A DNA stretch of 64,000 nucleotides from an uncultured Nitrososphaerales archaeon (GCA_963713605.1 CAVQMO010000001.1:928001-992000), one strand, 5' to 3'; positions 10,882 to 22,197 are shown, numbered from the stretch's first letter. The notes: a model not told the origin generated them from the letters alone. A program made the numbers and translations.

Positions 10882-12678
10882 AGACAGTTTTTATGTTCAG
10901 TCAGAGAGAAGATAGCGTTTCAAATATACATAAAAGATGGGCACTAACCAAGCTTAATCCATCCACGAGCAAAGTTTCTTTTGTAATTACGTGCTGCGCC
11001 TTTACAGCTCTTGTTGTCCTTACCAATGCTTTCGTAACTGGTGTTGGATTCGATAACATTTCCTACCTCATCTACTATGTCGTAGTGGGCAACATTGCCC
11101 TATTCGCACTGAACTTTTTGGATTATACCCTTTTGAAGGGTACATCTTTAAGCAAACTATCAAAGGTTTTTCATGTATCTGCGTTCTCGTATCTTATCTG
11201 GCTGCTTACTTTGGCCATAGGAATGCTCACTCCCAATTTGATAAGCAGTGATGGTTCTCCAACGAACTCTAGTTATCTACTGGAAGGACTGCTCTTTGTG
11301 GCTGGTTTTAGGATATGTATGTTTAAATCCGTTTTTGGCGCAACATTAGCCCGAGCTATCATTGTAGGACTTGTCGCTCCATTTACTATTCTTTTTTTCT
11401 TTACTCCACTTCCATTTATCCCAGAGGTATTTTCAGACCCGATCGCACTTGGATACGGGCTTGCTCTTGTCGGTATGGGAATTTTGTGGGCGATTATGGC
11501 AGATCGTGCGGGAAGACCAGAGATTAGCAGCACGTTTGAAGTCTTGCAGGCATTTTTGGCAGCTTGGACAGAGAAAGATGGAACAAGATTTGAGCGCATA
11601 GCAGAAGAAAAAGCAGACGAAAAACCTGTCTCTACATTCATGATGAGGTTTTCGCTTGACAAAAGCAATGGATACTCCCTTGTTATTCCCGAAGTCCATC
11701 CTGGTCCTTTCCTTTCTGTGGGAGGCAGTAATCTGCCCTATGTTCTATACAATGCATTTTCGGGAAGGGCGATGGTTCTGCACGGAGTATCTGACCACGC
11801 ATTGAATATTCCTTCCAAAGAAGAGCTGGACAGATACTTGAGGGGTCTCAAATCCGCAAAAAAGCTCTCCTCACACAGCCGTTGTTCGAAGCCGGTCAGA
11901 GTGGAGGATGGTTACTGTAGTGTGACAGGAATTAGATTTGATAATGTCTGTATGTTAATTTTGTCCATGTCTCCAAAAGGTATGGAGGATGTTCCTCATT
12001 CAGTCCTCTCTCAGCTTACCCATTATTCTAAGAAGATGGGATTTGATTCCTTACTCTTAATAGATAGTCACAACGCAATGGGTGCTTCGTTGGACGCACA
12101 GCAAACAGAGCGGCTGCTTAGGACTGCCGAGCGCTGCCTTGACAAACTGGTCTCTGCAGTAGAATATCCGTTTCGAGCAGGCTATTCCAATATAAATGAC
12201 ATACCAGTTGGGACTAGTCTCCAGGACGATTTGGGTGAGTCTGGCTTGGCTGTGCTTGCATTGTGCATTGACAGCAAATGGAACTTGTTGTGCTGGGCTG
12301 ATTCTAATAACATGAAGAATGGCCTGCGTGAGCAGCTTTTGAAAAAACTGACAAGTCAAGACCATCATATAGTTGAGATTCTGCACTTCCGATACCCACG
12401 GTACTTCAGGAAAAAGGACTAGGAATGGCTACTTTGCACTCGGAGAGCTTAGTAAAGAGGATTCGATAGTAGAAGCATTTCAAGCATTATCACTTCGAGC
12501 CATGGATTCAGCAGAGTCTTCGTCGCTGGAGCTGTACTCAGCTATATCAAGGATAAAGGTTATGGGATCGAAACAGCTAAACGATTACTCATCTGCATTA
12601 GATAGATCAATGAGGCTCACAAAAATATTCTTGTGTGCCTTGGGAGTGACGTTTGTTAGTATGACGCTTTTGACTTGA
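10878..12678 (+). CDS. DUF2070 family membrane protein, frameshift near 12385
   Basis: Multi-TM N-terminus, VHPGPF..VGGSNLP, DSHN, DSNN and TSDTH motifs. Usual neighbour of Sec61beta in archaea. Confidence 0.85.
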
Positions 12679-12812
12679 GCTGTAAAAAATTATCGCCGAA
12701 GAATAATCGATTACATTTGTTCTCTTTTGCGAAACCAATCTATACCGCGTTACCTTTGGATTGGCACGAAGTAAACTAAAGAGAATGTGATTTTTTTCGC
12801 TTTTTAGTTGAG

Positions 12813-12887
12813 TGGATGGGGAGAGATTTGAACTCTCGATCACCTGTGTGTGAGACAGGTATCATAACCAGGCTAGACTACCCATCC
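12813..12887 (-). tRNA. tRNA-Val (anticodon CAC)
   Basis: Reverse complement GGATGGG-TAGTCTAGCCTGGTTATGATA-CCTGT-CT-CAC-AC-ACAGG-TGATC-GAGAG-TTCAAAT-CTCTC-CCCATCC-A folds as a cloverleaf with no intron. Confidence 0.95.
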
Positions 12888-13025
12888 AATTTTCTGCGAA
12901 GAGCCAGCGAGTTGCACCTCTCTTACAATGCTAGACCGTATATTTGAATATATTTCACTCGACTTCATCTCCTCTAATCTCTGAGATTATTTTATTCGCT
13001 GACTGCGAATCAGGGTCGATAGCAG

Positions 13026-14303
13026 CTACGTCCCCTGATCAAAGCCCTTCAAGTATTTCTGTTGATCTTGAGTGAGCTGGTCTATATATACTCCCATGGA
13101 ATGGAGCTTCGCCTCGGCTATGACCATATCCTGTTCTCGTTCAATTTCATAGACTCTGGGTTCAAGGGATCCGTGAGTCTGTGCAATCCGGATAACCGAA
13201 AGAAGTTGATTTGCAAAGCTCATGTCCATAACCTCAGATGGATGTCCTTCAGCAGCTGCGAGGTTCACCAGCCTGCCGTCTGCTATAAGGTAAACACCTT
13301 TTCCATTTGACAATTGATACTGGTAAACATGATCGTTTATCAAATTTTTCGCAGCGGCATTTTTCTCTAGAGCATAGACTGAGATCTCTACATTAAAGTG
13401 CCCTGCATTGGCCAACAATGCCCCGTTCTTTAACTTCAATATTGTTTCGTAATCAATTACATCTCTACAACCTGTTGTTGTAATAAATAGATCTCCTATA
13501 GGGGCGGCCTCAGAAACTTTTGCAACTGAAAACCCATCTAGCTTTGCTTTCAGAGCCGCAATTGGATCGACTTCAGTAATGGTTACATTTGCGCCCAAGC
13601 CTGCCGCCTTTCGAGCAATCCCTTTGCCTACATGCCCGTATCCACAGATGACGACATTTTTTCCTGAAATCAGGATGTTTGTAGCTCGAATTATTCCATC
13701 CAACGCTGATTGACCAGTTCCATAGAAATTATCGAAGTCATGTTTCGTCTCTGCATCATTTACCGCAATGATGGGGTATTTGAGAATCCCGCCCCTTTCC
13801 ATGGATCTTAGCCTCACAACCCCTGTTGTTGTTTCCTCCGTTCCTCCATACACCGTTTTGAATCGTTGAAAATCTTTGTGCATCTCTAAGGTAAGATCGG
13901 CTCCATCATCGATGGTTATGTTTGGATCGATCTTCATCGCCGAGTGAATGTCGTCGTAATATTGTTGGGTTGATACACCTCTACTGGCATAAATTGCTAT
14001 TTTGTCATCCTCAGCGAGGGATGCAGCAACATCATCCTGGGTACTGAGGGGATTACACCCGCACCAGGAAAGTTGAGCGCCCAAATCCTTCAGAGATTCA
14101 ACCAATACAGCTGTTTCTTTCGTGACATGAAGACAACCAGCAACCCGGACACTTTCTAACGGTTTGCTTTTTTCATATTGCCTGGTCAAAGACTGCAAGA
14201 CAGGCATATGGGACAATGCCCATTGAATTTTTCTCCTTCCTTCTTTTGCTAAGGAGAGATCAAGAACCCGATAACTCATACTGCTTGGCGATACACGGGC
14301 CAT
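13026..14303 (-). CDS. ahcY: adenosylhomocysteinase (SAH hydrolase), paralogue 1
   Basis: LHVTKET, CNPLSTQDD, DDGADL, EETTTG, FDNFYGTGQS, GYGHVGKG and GRLVNLAAAEGHP. Confidence 0.96.
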   Translation of the reverse strand: MARVSPSSMSYRVLDLSLAKEGRRKIQWALSHMPVLQSLTRQYEKSKPLESVRVAGCLHVTKETAVLVESLKDLGAQLSWCGCNPLSTQDDVAASLAEDDKIAIYASRGVSTQQYYDDIHSAMKIDPNITIDDGADLTLEMHKDFQRFKTVYGGTEETTTGVVRLRSMERGGILKYPIIAVNDAETKHDFDNFYGTGQSALDGIIRATNILISGKNVVICGYGHVGKGIARKAAGLGANVTITEVDPIAALKAKLDGFSVAKVSEAAPIGDLFITTTGCRDVIDYETILKLKNGALLANAGHFNVEISVYALEKNAAAKNLINDHVYQYQLSNGKGVYLIADGRLVNLAAAEGHPSEVMDMSFANQLLSVIRIAQTHGSLEPRVYEIEREQDMVIAEAKLHSMGVYIDQLTQDQQKYLKGFDQGT

Positions 14304-14513
14304 ATATTATTTTAACTTCAATAGTCATACGAGGGCTTTTCCTTGTTAACCTGTCATAATATTGAGAACTGGATCTATTCATCGTCGGATATCCATGCGT
14401 GCACAGAACATGAAAATTCGCAAATAGAAATGGTTCGACCAACCTAAGCTAGATTACCATGCTCGAGATAGAAGCGCAAGGTATATGATGATCGGATCGA
14501 TTCTACGTAAAGT

Positions 14514-15023
14514 GTGCGGAAGTTTCAGATAGGAGTGATCGGCTACAACGATGATCGTTGCTCTGAGGTCGCCAAAAGAATAGCATATGAAGTTGGTAAA
14601 GAAATTGCACTCTCCGGCTCAGTGCTAGTCTGTGGGGGTCTTGGAGGCGTAATGGAAGCCGCATGTAGAGGTGCAAAGGAAGTGAACGGCGATACGGTTG
14701 GCATTATTCCGCAAGATAACTTTAGTTTTGCGAACCAATTTTGTGATGTTGTGATTTGTAGCGGTATTGGATTTGCTCGAGATTTCATAGTCGCTACATC
14801 CTCCGACGGAATAATTGCCGTAGGTGGAGGGATTGGAACCCTTATCGAAATGTCTGTGGGTTACATGATCAAAAAGAAAATAGTTGCGATCTCGTCCAGT
14901 GGGGGAGTCTCTGATGTTTACGCAGGCAAGTATCTGGATGAAAGAAAAAGAGTGCTAATTGAGTCGGCGCCAGATGCTAAAACTGCAGTACAATCTATTC
15001 TAAATTATAGGGAAATTACGTAG
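14514..15023 (+). CDS. LOG/TIGR00725-like Rossmann-fold nucleotide-binding protein
   Basis: CGGLGGVMEAACRGA and GGGIGTLIE. Confidence 0.88.
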   Translation: MRKFQIGVIGYNDDRCSEVAKRIAYEVGKEIALSGSVLVCGGLGGVMEAACRGAKEVNGDTVGIIPQDNFSFANQFCDVVICSGIGFARDFIVATSSDGIIAVGGGIGTLIEMSVGYMIKKKIVAISSSGGVSDVYAGKYLDERKRVLIESAPDAKTAVQSILNYREIT

Positions 15024-15059
15024 GTTGAAATCTGTGCACCCTCTGTCGGTGGTCTGGCG

Positions 15060-15165
15060 TAGCAGCAGTAGGCCCTGAGCGTTGTTACAGGTACAGATGT
15101 TGAAGTTGTTGTAACTTTGTTGTAACTTGCTGTTGTTGCTGTAGCCGTTCATGTTGCTGTTGCCA
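15060..15165. repeat. intergenic degenerate (GTT/GCT)n low-complexity tract
   Basis: gttgttgtaactttgttgtaacttgctgttgttgctgtagc between convergent genes. Confidence 0.55.
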
Positions 15166-15179
15166 CTTCCACATATGCG

Positions 15180-16325
15180 TTACTCTACAAGTTCGAGGAG
15201 ATATGGGTCAGGAGCATAAAACTTGCCATACTTCTCGGACATCTCATTTAATTTGTCGACAACTCTCTTTATCCCAAATTCTTGTGCAGTCTTCAGCAGT
15301 TCCCTTTTAAGCCCCAGCCCAAGACGAAGTGCCTTTTCTAAATCTGATTGTGAACAGACGCCATTGGAGAGGAGCCAACCTGCGTTGTTTAAAGCGACCG
15401 CCAGCATCACAATAGGATCAAAAGCTGTGGCATCAGCTTGAACAAGGTCTTTTCGCTCATATTTGTCGGATGAATAGGAATAGAAGCCTTCCCCAGTTTT
15501 TTGTCCAAGTTTTTTCTGTTCGAACAATTTTTCGATTAACGGATGCGGGTTGATGACCTTTTCATCTCTTTGATACATTTCGTGGCTTGCCTTGTTGACA
15601 ACATCTAATCCAGTATAATCGGCTAGTTCAAAAATACCCATTGGAAATCCTAATTTGAATTTCATTGCCGCATCTATTTCCTCATAGGTGACTCCATTTC
15701 TTTCCTTACAGAAGACGGCTTCATGAACTAGTGGTATGAAAATCCTATTTACAATGAACCCAGGTACATCCTTCTGTACGAGCACTGGAGCCTTTCCCAA
15801 ATTTTCCACAAAGGCCATTAACCTTTCGACCGTGCTTTGATCAGTCTTGTGACCTCTAATCACTTCAACCAGTTTCATCAGCTGAGGAGGATTGAAGAAA
15901 TGTACCCCTATAAATGACCCAGGACGATCGGTGAGCTCGGCCATCTCACTTATTGGTAGTGTGCTCGTGTTCGATGCAAATAGAGTCTTAGGATCGGCGT
16001 AGGAGCTTACTTCTTTGTAGACTATTTTTTTTAACGAAAGGTCTTCAGGTACTGCTTCAATAACAAGATCTGCATCTTTCAAGCCTTCCTTCAGGTCAAT
16101 CACCGGCACCAATCTGGAAAGGGTCTGCTCAAAAGATTCTTTGGTCATCTTATTCTTTTCAACCAATTTATTTAGTGACCATCTGATCTTATCCATGGCA
16201 TTATCTAGGAATCTCTGCTCGACATCTCTCAGGAGAACCTTGAATCCCGCCATTGCGGCAATTTGTGCTATTCCGTGTCCCATAGTCCCAGACCCTAGCA
16301 CTGTGATATTTGCGATCTTGTCCAT
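15180..16325 (-). CDS. 3-hydroxyacyl-CoA (3-hydroxybutyryl-CoA) dehydrogenase
   Basis: GSGTMGHGIA, EAVPE, SNTST, HFFNP, PGFIVNR and D..GLD, with a duplicated C-terminal domain. Fits the 3HP/4HB cycle. Confidence 0.93.
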   Translation of the reverse strand: MDKIANITVLGSGTMGHGIAQIAAMAGFKVLLRDVEQRFLDNAMDKIRWSLNKLVEKNKMTKESFEQTLSRLVPVIDLKEGLKDADLVIEAVPEDLSLKKIVYKEVSSYADPKTLFASNTSTLPISEMAELTDRPGSFIGVHFFNPPQLMKLVEVIRGHKTDQSTVERLMAFVENLGKAPVLVQKDVPGFIVNRIFIPLVHEAVFCKERNGVTYEEIDAAMKFKLGFPMGIFELADYTGLDVVNKASHEMYQRDEKVINPHPLIEKLFEQKKLGQKTGEGFYSYSSDKYERKDLVQADATAFDPIVMLAVALNNAGWLLSNGVCSQSDLEKALRLGLGLKRELLKTAQEFGIKRVVDKLNEMSEKYGKFYAPDPYLLELVE

Positions 16326-16422
16326 TTTATCATCATTCTATCCTTGGAAGGGGGCTTTTAGTTTTGCCTTGAATTGAAAGCAATTTAAGAGAATGATTCT
16401 TTAAAGCCACCTGTATCAGTGA

Positions 16423-17091
16423 TTGGATTTATTTAGATTTACTGCTGACGTGTCCTCTCTTTCAGACCGTATGACAAAGAATTCATCGGCAGAGGTAATT
16501 GATAGACTTGATTTTGTCAGAAATCGCTTGGTCGATCTCTACAAGCGTAATTTAGTAAAAATAAATCACTCTGTCATGGAGTCTGTTTGTTCGAAACACC
16601 TGATAGAATTTGGGTACTGTGTTGATGTTGAGAGAAGGTTAACCGATATTCTGGTCTGTGACGTCTTCGCGAGCAAAGGTGACGGAGAAGCAATAGTTGA
16701 GATTGAAACCGGCTTCATTCCTCCCGAGCATGCTTTGGATCCCACGGCGTACTATGTTGCAAGAATTGCCAGCAAAATCTCTCGATATAGCAAGCATGCC
16801 AACAAATTTGTTCTCGCCACAACTCCTGTTAGCATTTTGCCGATCCCAAATCTATTTAGATTTCCGGTGCGAGCACGGAGAGCCGACGAGATCCAAAAAT
16901 TAAAGCATGTATGTGACAACTATTACAAGGATCCTCCTATAGAAGTCGATGACATTCTCAATGGCAGGCTACATATGATCTATATCATAGACATAGATGA
17001 GGGGAAAATCCAAGAAATGGATGTGGAGACTTATTTCGATCAACTGCAGATCGCTTTTGATCTTTCGACTAGAATAATGGAAAAATTTTAA
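16423..17091 (+). CDS. hypothetical protein with PD-(D/E)XK-like motif
   Basis: VDVERRL..ILVCDVFASKGDGEAIVEIETG resembles the E..D..ExE nuclease-fold core. Confidence 0.6.
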   Translation: MDLFRFTADVSSLSDRMTKNSSAEVIDRLDFVRNRLVDLYKRNLVKINHSVMESVCSKHLIEFGYCVDVERRLTDILVCDVFASKGDGEAIVEIETGFIPPEHALDPTAYYVARIASKISRYSKHANKFVLATTPVSILPIPNLFRFPVRARRADEIQKLKHVCDNYYKDPPIEVDDILNGRLHMIYIIDIDEGKIQEMDVETYFDQLQIAFDLSTRIMEKF

Positions 17092-17299
17092 GTTATGATA
17101 GTTTCTCTAGTATGAGGCTAATAGTCGTCGTTGTCGAAGTACATCAAATTAAACAACAACAACATCATTGTTTCAAATCAACACACCTAAATTCTTCCTT
17201 ATGTTAAAGTAATAAGATTCTGAACAAGCAATTTGTGAATGCATAGTTATACTAATCTTCGTCCTACCGCTTAATAGATATGTAAAAGGAAGTCTTGCG

Positions 17300-18153
17300 A
17301 TGTCTGACAACAAAGAATTGCTAACGATAGCAGTCATAGCTGGCAGCATTGATGATGGTGTTAGGTACTTCGATACCATCAAGCGTATTGGCAAGCACTA
17401 GTATTGAAGCCGCACAACCAAGTGACGATAGTGGAAACGATGACACTAGTAATAGTGGCGGTGGTGATGGCGGTACTGACAACAGCAATGATGATAGGCA
17501 GCAGCAATGACAGCGGTGATAGCGGTAGTGAAGATAACAGTGGAAATGATGAAGATAGTGGTAATGATGATAGTTCCGACTCAAGCAACAACGGCGGCGT
17601 CCCTGAAGAGTATCTGGGAGAATATTCTACATGCGTTACAGATCTTTCCTCAGATGACAGCATTTTGAGCCAAGATGATGTAGTTGATTGTTATGGCCAA
17701 GTTTTTGGTCCTAATCCGACTCATGAGCTAGGCCCATTGATGCAGAATGCTCCAACGTCGCCTGCTACAAATATGCCAGGATTTGAAAACATGCCATCCG
17801 CACTGCAACAGCCCGGAGATCAACAACAGATGCAGCCATTAGGTCAAACTCAACCACAGGACGGACAACAACAAGTACAGCCGTTAGGTCAAACTCAACC
17901 ACAGGACGGACAACAACTACCAATTCAACAACAACAATCATATCCTGCAGGAGGAGATCAACAACAAGTACAGCCTCTAGGTCAAACCCAACCACACGAC
18001 GGACAGCAACTACCAATTCAAAAACAACAGCAACAACCACAAACTGGCCTAGGAGACCAGCAACAAATGTCGCCAACACAGCTTCCAATTGACGCGGGAA
18101 TCTTGGATGTAGATACGATCAAGGAGATAGTTAAGAACAGATTGGCGCATTAG
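17300..18153 (+). CDS. secreted Asp/Ser/Gly-rich and Gln/Pro-repeat protein; true start probably 17300 with two indels
   Basis: Correcting two indels gives MSDNKELLTIAVI..LAALMMVLGTSIPSSVLA-STSIEAAQPSDDSGNDDTSNSGGGDGG..., a signal peptide continuous with the D/S/G tract of ORF 17404-18153. Confidence 0.7.
17818..18070 (+). repeat. coding tandem repeats: 45-nt QQQ(M/V)QPLGQTQP(Q/H)DG x3 plus QQLPIQ x2
   Basis: ca(a/g)cc(a/g/t)(t/c)taggtcaaac(t/c)caaccaca(g/c)gacggaca units begin near 17821, 17866 and 17959. Confidence 0.9.
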
Positions 18154-18277
18154 AGACCAGCTGTCTGTGAACTCAAAAAGATCTAGCAGTCAGCTAATTC
18201 TTCCCTCTTTTTTGGACTCTGAAATATTCGCAAGGATTAAAGAACTAAACTCTTCAGTTAATTGCGAAAATTGCCTC

Positions 18278-18785
18278 ATGAATCTATTTGCCATACTTTT
18301 GAAGCAAGATGACCCATCAAAATGTACCGCTACGAAACTTGCAAGATTTCATCTATTGAAAACGATCGTCCGGCCTAGGCATGATACTCTGATCTTGAAC
18401 CCATATTCTAAAGTTTGTTTGACACGAAACGATCGAGGCCTCTCATCAGCCCTATGCGTAATTGATTGCTCGTGGGAACGATCTGATACGATTCTTCAGA
18501 ATCAAAAATGGCGATCTTATCCTCTATTGCGCCGACTCCCTGCATTATTGGCCGGAAATCCAATCAATTATGCCAAATTGGGGAAACTTTCAAGCGTTGA
18601 GGCACTTTCAGGGGCACTTTTGATACTGGGATATAATTCAGAAGCATTTGCTATCCTTGACAAATTCAAATGGGGACACACCTTCTACGAGCTTAAATTT
18701 GCATGTTTTAAAAGACTATTCTAAAGCTGAGAATGAAGGTGAAGTGTATGATATCCAGCGTCAGTATTTTGAACAAGGAACTTAA
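18278..18785 (+). CDS. tsr3: 16S rRNA aminocarboxypropyltransferase Tsr3, C-terminal frameshift
   Basis: QDDPSKCTATKL, IDCSW, RRLPALLAGNPINY, LSSVEAL and FKWGHTF. The corrected end reads ...KDYSKAENEGEVYDIQRQYFEQGT*. Confidence 0.9.
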
Positions 18786-18825
18786 ATTATGGTTAAGAGC
18801 AATGATGAGCTGAGAGGTGGTGAGG

Positions 18826-19110
18826 TGGTGTGTGGGTTACTCGAAAGAGAGGAAACTCCTCCCTCTATGCAGGCACTCGGATCAGAGATGATCGAATCGG
18901 AGACGGTCGGCTCCGGAACAGAAAAGACATCCAGCCTGGACGAATAATCAAGCTGTGATGGTGAATAGCCTGAGTGTCCTTAACTGGAATGAAACTGCCG
19001 TCCCGAGTGGAGCAAGGCCAAACTGAGCAAAGACCCTGCAAGCAGCTAAGGTCAGGCCGCTAAGCGGAATCCCACTTAAAACAGAAGGAGGGTTATTGCC
19101 AGGACACCAT
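18826..19110 (+). ncRNA. rnpB: RNase P RNA
   Basis: Conserved regions in order: GAGGAAACTCC, ACAGAAA, GAAAC, GAGCAAG, AACAGAAGGAGGGTTA. The ends TGGTGTGTGG and CCAGGACACCA can form P1. Boundaries approximate. Confidence 0.9.
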
Positions 19111-19204
19111 TTCTCGGTTTGTTTTAGCACATTGCTTTTATTTTGAATGGGGTTAGGTACTAATTAATACAGGATAATCCACAAATATTTGATAATCTGG
19201 TTAG

Positions 19205-20167
19205 TTGAGAACTGCAATTTTTCCTCCTACAAACGCCTCGCGAGAACTGGCAGACACCTATGGCTACCACGAATGGATAATTAGCCGCTTCCTTGAATAC
19301 ATGCCGGATGTGGAGAGATGCTTGGCCTTGATGGAATCATCTTCAAGCACATACATCCGAACGAACACCCTAAAGATTGACCCAAAGTCTCTCCTGAACT
19401 TGCTTGAAGCTAGGAATATTGAGACAGCATCTACAGAGTTACCTGAAGTTTATAGAGTAGTTAATACTTCCTTACCAATTGGAGTGACTCCCGAATACCT
19501 AGCGGGATTATATTTCATTCAAGATCTCAACTCTTGTATCTCAGTTGAGGAACTGGATGTTTTATCCAATCAACAAAACATGGACATGGCTTGCGCCCCC
19601 GGGGGCAAAACAACTTTCATGGCGCAGAAAATGTGCAACTCAGGGGCGATATGCGCTATTGAGTATAACCGAAGACGGATCCCATCAGTGATTTTCAATT
19701 TGGCAAGATGTGGAGTTCTTAACAGTTCAGTATACAATATCGATGCTCGGTCTGCTGGCAGCTTGAAGATGAGATTCGATCGGGTGCTACTTGATGCCCC
19801 ATGCACATGTGAAGGTATTATTTCCAAAGACAAGACAAGAAAAACTAGCCACGAACCGTCTGATATTGAAGTGTCGAGCCGACGACAGCGGGAGATGCTT
19901 TTAGAGGCAACCAAGGTTGTTAAGCCAGGAGGCCTCATAATTTACTCTACATGCTCCTTTGCACCGGAGGAGAATGAAGTAGTGATAGATGATTTGCTGG
20001 AGGTCTTAGGTAATTCGATCGTCATCGAACCCGTTCAACATGGTGTGCCAGGCTTGACGCACTTCGGCGATCGAAAATTTCATTCAAACCTCACTCGTAC
20101 AGGCAGGCTATATCCACATTTGCATAATACAGTTGGTTTTTTCATTGCAAAGCTAAGGGTGTGCTGA
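19205..20167 (+). CDS. RsmB/NOP2-family RNA cytosine-C5 methyltransferase
   Basis: IRTNTLK, DMACAPGGKT, FDRVLLDAPC and YSTCS..PEENE. Confidence 0.95.
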   Translation: MRTAIFPPTNASRELADTYGYHEWIISRFLEYMPDVERCLALMESSSSTYIRTNTLKIDPKSLLNLLEARNIETASTELPEVYRVVNTSLPIGVTPEYLAGLYFIQDLNSCISVEELDVLSNQQNMDMACAPGGKTTFMAQKMCNSGAICAIEYNRRRIPSVIFNLARCGVLNSSVYNIDARSAGSLKMRFDRVLLDAPCTCEGIISKDKTRKTSHEPSDIEVSSRRQREMLLEATKVVKPGGLIIYSTCSFAPEENEVVIDDLLEVLGNSIVIEPVQHGVPGLTHFGDRKFHSNLTRTGRLYPHLHNTVGFFIAKLRVC

Positions 20168-20200
20168 TTATCTTTTGCTATAGTTATTTAGTGAGCAGAC

Positions 20201-20743
20201 TTGATACCATATAGAGAACCAACACATCAGGAACTTACTGTGTTGCGCAGAAGCTTCGACCATTGGGGAATATTTGATTACGTTCTCGACAAAGCGATAC
20301 TTGTTAGTGAAAAAAAATTGAATGACTCAAAAATTAAGGAAGTGTGTTTAACCACAAAAGATAACTTTAATTTGATATCCTCGAACGTATCGTTGTCCCA
20401 TACTGGGATGTTAATTGGACACCTGAAGAGAAGGAGTTTTGTCCCATCTATGGCGGGAGCAGACTTGATTGCTAGAGTAGGCTCTAACTTTCCATTTGTT
20501 ACAGTGAACCAAGCTGCTGAGGCATTGGTATTGTATGGCCGAGATATAATGTACGGTTCTATTGTGAACTTTGGAAATCTGAGTAGAAATAATACTATTC
20601 TAATAATTCTTGATGAAAATCGAGTCGCTATTGGCCTAGGAGTAAATACTGTGCCTATTGGGAAAAATATCCAGATATTGGATAAGAGAATCGTCATAAA
20701 GACGATAGTGGACGCTGGACACTACCTAAGGGATGAGCGATAG
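20201..20743 (+). CDS. NIP7-like PUA-domain ribosome biogenesis protein
   Basis: AEALVLYGRDI, AIGLG and terminal DAGHYLRDE. Adjacent to the NOP2 homologue. Confidence 0.75.
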   Translation: MIPYREPTHQELTVLRRSFDHWGIFDYVLDKAILVSEKKLNDSKIKEVCLTTKDNFNLISSNVSLSHTGMLIGHLKRRSFVPSMAGADLIARVGSNFPFVTVNQAAEALVLYGRDIMYGSIVNFGNLSRNNTILIILDENRVAIGLGVNTVPIGKNIQILDKRIVIKTIVDAGHYLRDER

Positions 20744-20949
20744 GTGGATGCGTGGGAGAAACATGAACAAAGGGTAATAGGCCAGTAAGATCTACCTCCC
20801 GCGTTTCTAGTGAGCGCAGTAGGAATCGATATTACGACTGTTACTAACACCACTCATATAATTGGAATAAGCCTTCACATTTGCAAGATATTGATTCAAT
20901 TGTACTACTATAAAAAAGCGAGATAGTACGATTCTCTGTTCAGGTACCT

Positions 20950-22113
20950 CTATTTTCTCGTCTTTATTAGAACGAAAACAGCAACTGCACCCATCATGCC
21001 TCCGAGAACCAAAAGGACTTGTATCGGAAATCCTCCAGTTGCAGTAGCAGTTCCGGCCGGGGGCTCTTGAGTTACGACAGCAAACTCTGAATCGCCGCTC
21101 TTTTGTATCTTCGAGAAACCGGCTATGGTCATTTGTGCTGACACTGGAGGTGTAGTAGAGTCAACTGTAATCGGTGTGCCATCCATGGTAGCACTAGCTT
21201 GCTTCTCTGTTTCTTGGAACGTCCCTTCTCTAAAGCTCGCTTTCCCCCAGAGAATATATCGATACTACTCTTGCACCCCCTATCTCCTCAAATCCAGAGC
21301 CTGCAGCGCCAGTCTTGGCTACCAGTCGGATCAAAGAGAAAGTGCCATGTATCCATCGGTCGTCCTACATCCTGAAAATTAAACAACGGATCTCCCATAA
21401 TTGCCTGCTGCTTCAGTGTTCATTAATTGATTTGCTACACTTGAATGATTAGCTTGCAGAAGGCCAATAGGGTGGTTGACGTCAATGTCTCCATACGGGG
21501 AAGAAAGGGTTATGGGATCTGCTATGTTGATGGACCTCCAATCCAAGTCAACTACATCCGCAGTACGATTCTCGCTAGATAACGTAATTCCAGAAATAAA
21601 CGAAGGCTTCAACTGTACATTGTATGAAAGTGATAACTCATCTTCAGTTCCTCTCAGCTGGCCAGTGTAGGTCAGACTGGCATTTGTGATTCTCACAGCA
21701 CTGTTCTTTTGCGATGCCATCGCATCGTTGAACGCCTGTATAAGCTGTGGCATGCCATCCTCGTCAGCTTTCATAGTGAATCTCACGGTTTCGGATTTGC
21801 CATTAAACTCCTGGGCTAAAGGGCTATTCGGAGGATACTTGATCGTCAAAAATCTAATAGCGCTCCAATCGACTTCGCCATGGCCTGTAGTAGGCACCAA
21901 CGATGCAGTCATCTGAACTGCTTGAACATTCGAAATCTGACTAAAGAGCAGGATGGAAAACAAACCAAAGGAAAGAATGAGAATCAAAACCTGCACATCA
22001 GAAATCATCGTTTTCTTGCTTATATTCTTTTTTGAAACTAAGTATTGGAAAATGAGGGCAAACTGAAAAGGCGACTTGATCAGGCATAAACTATTGTAAT
22101 AATCACAACACAA
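20950..22113 (-). CDS. exported protein with C-terminal membrane anchor, frameshifted
   Basis: Signal-like N-terminus (LILILSFGLFSILLF) and C-terminal PIQVLLVLGGMMGAVAVFVLIKTRK. ORFs 21379-22113 and 20950-21186. Confidence 0.7.
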
Positions 22114-22197
22114 CTATGCATGAGACGAAAGCAGCAGCCAAAACTACATCTATAACGAAAATTTTACATTCCCAAATATTCTTTTAAAACCCATCCT

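Noticed and set aside
17818..18070. Tandem repeats as a CRISPR array
   Set aside because: The units are in-frame coding repeats with synonymous variation and no unique spacers. No cas genes are present.
18948..19130. 60-aa minus-strand ORF
   Set aside because: Antisense to the RNase P RNA, so spurious.
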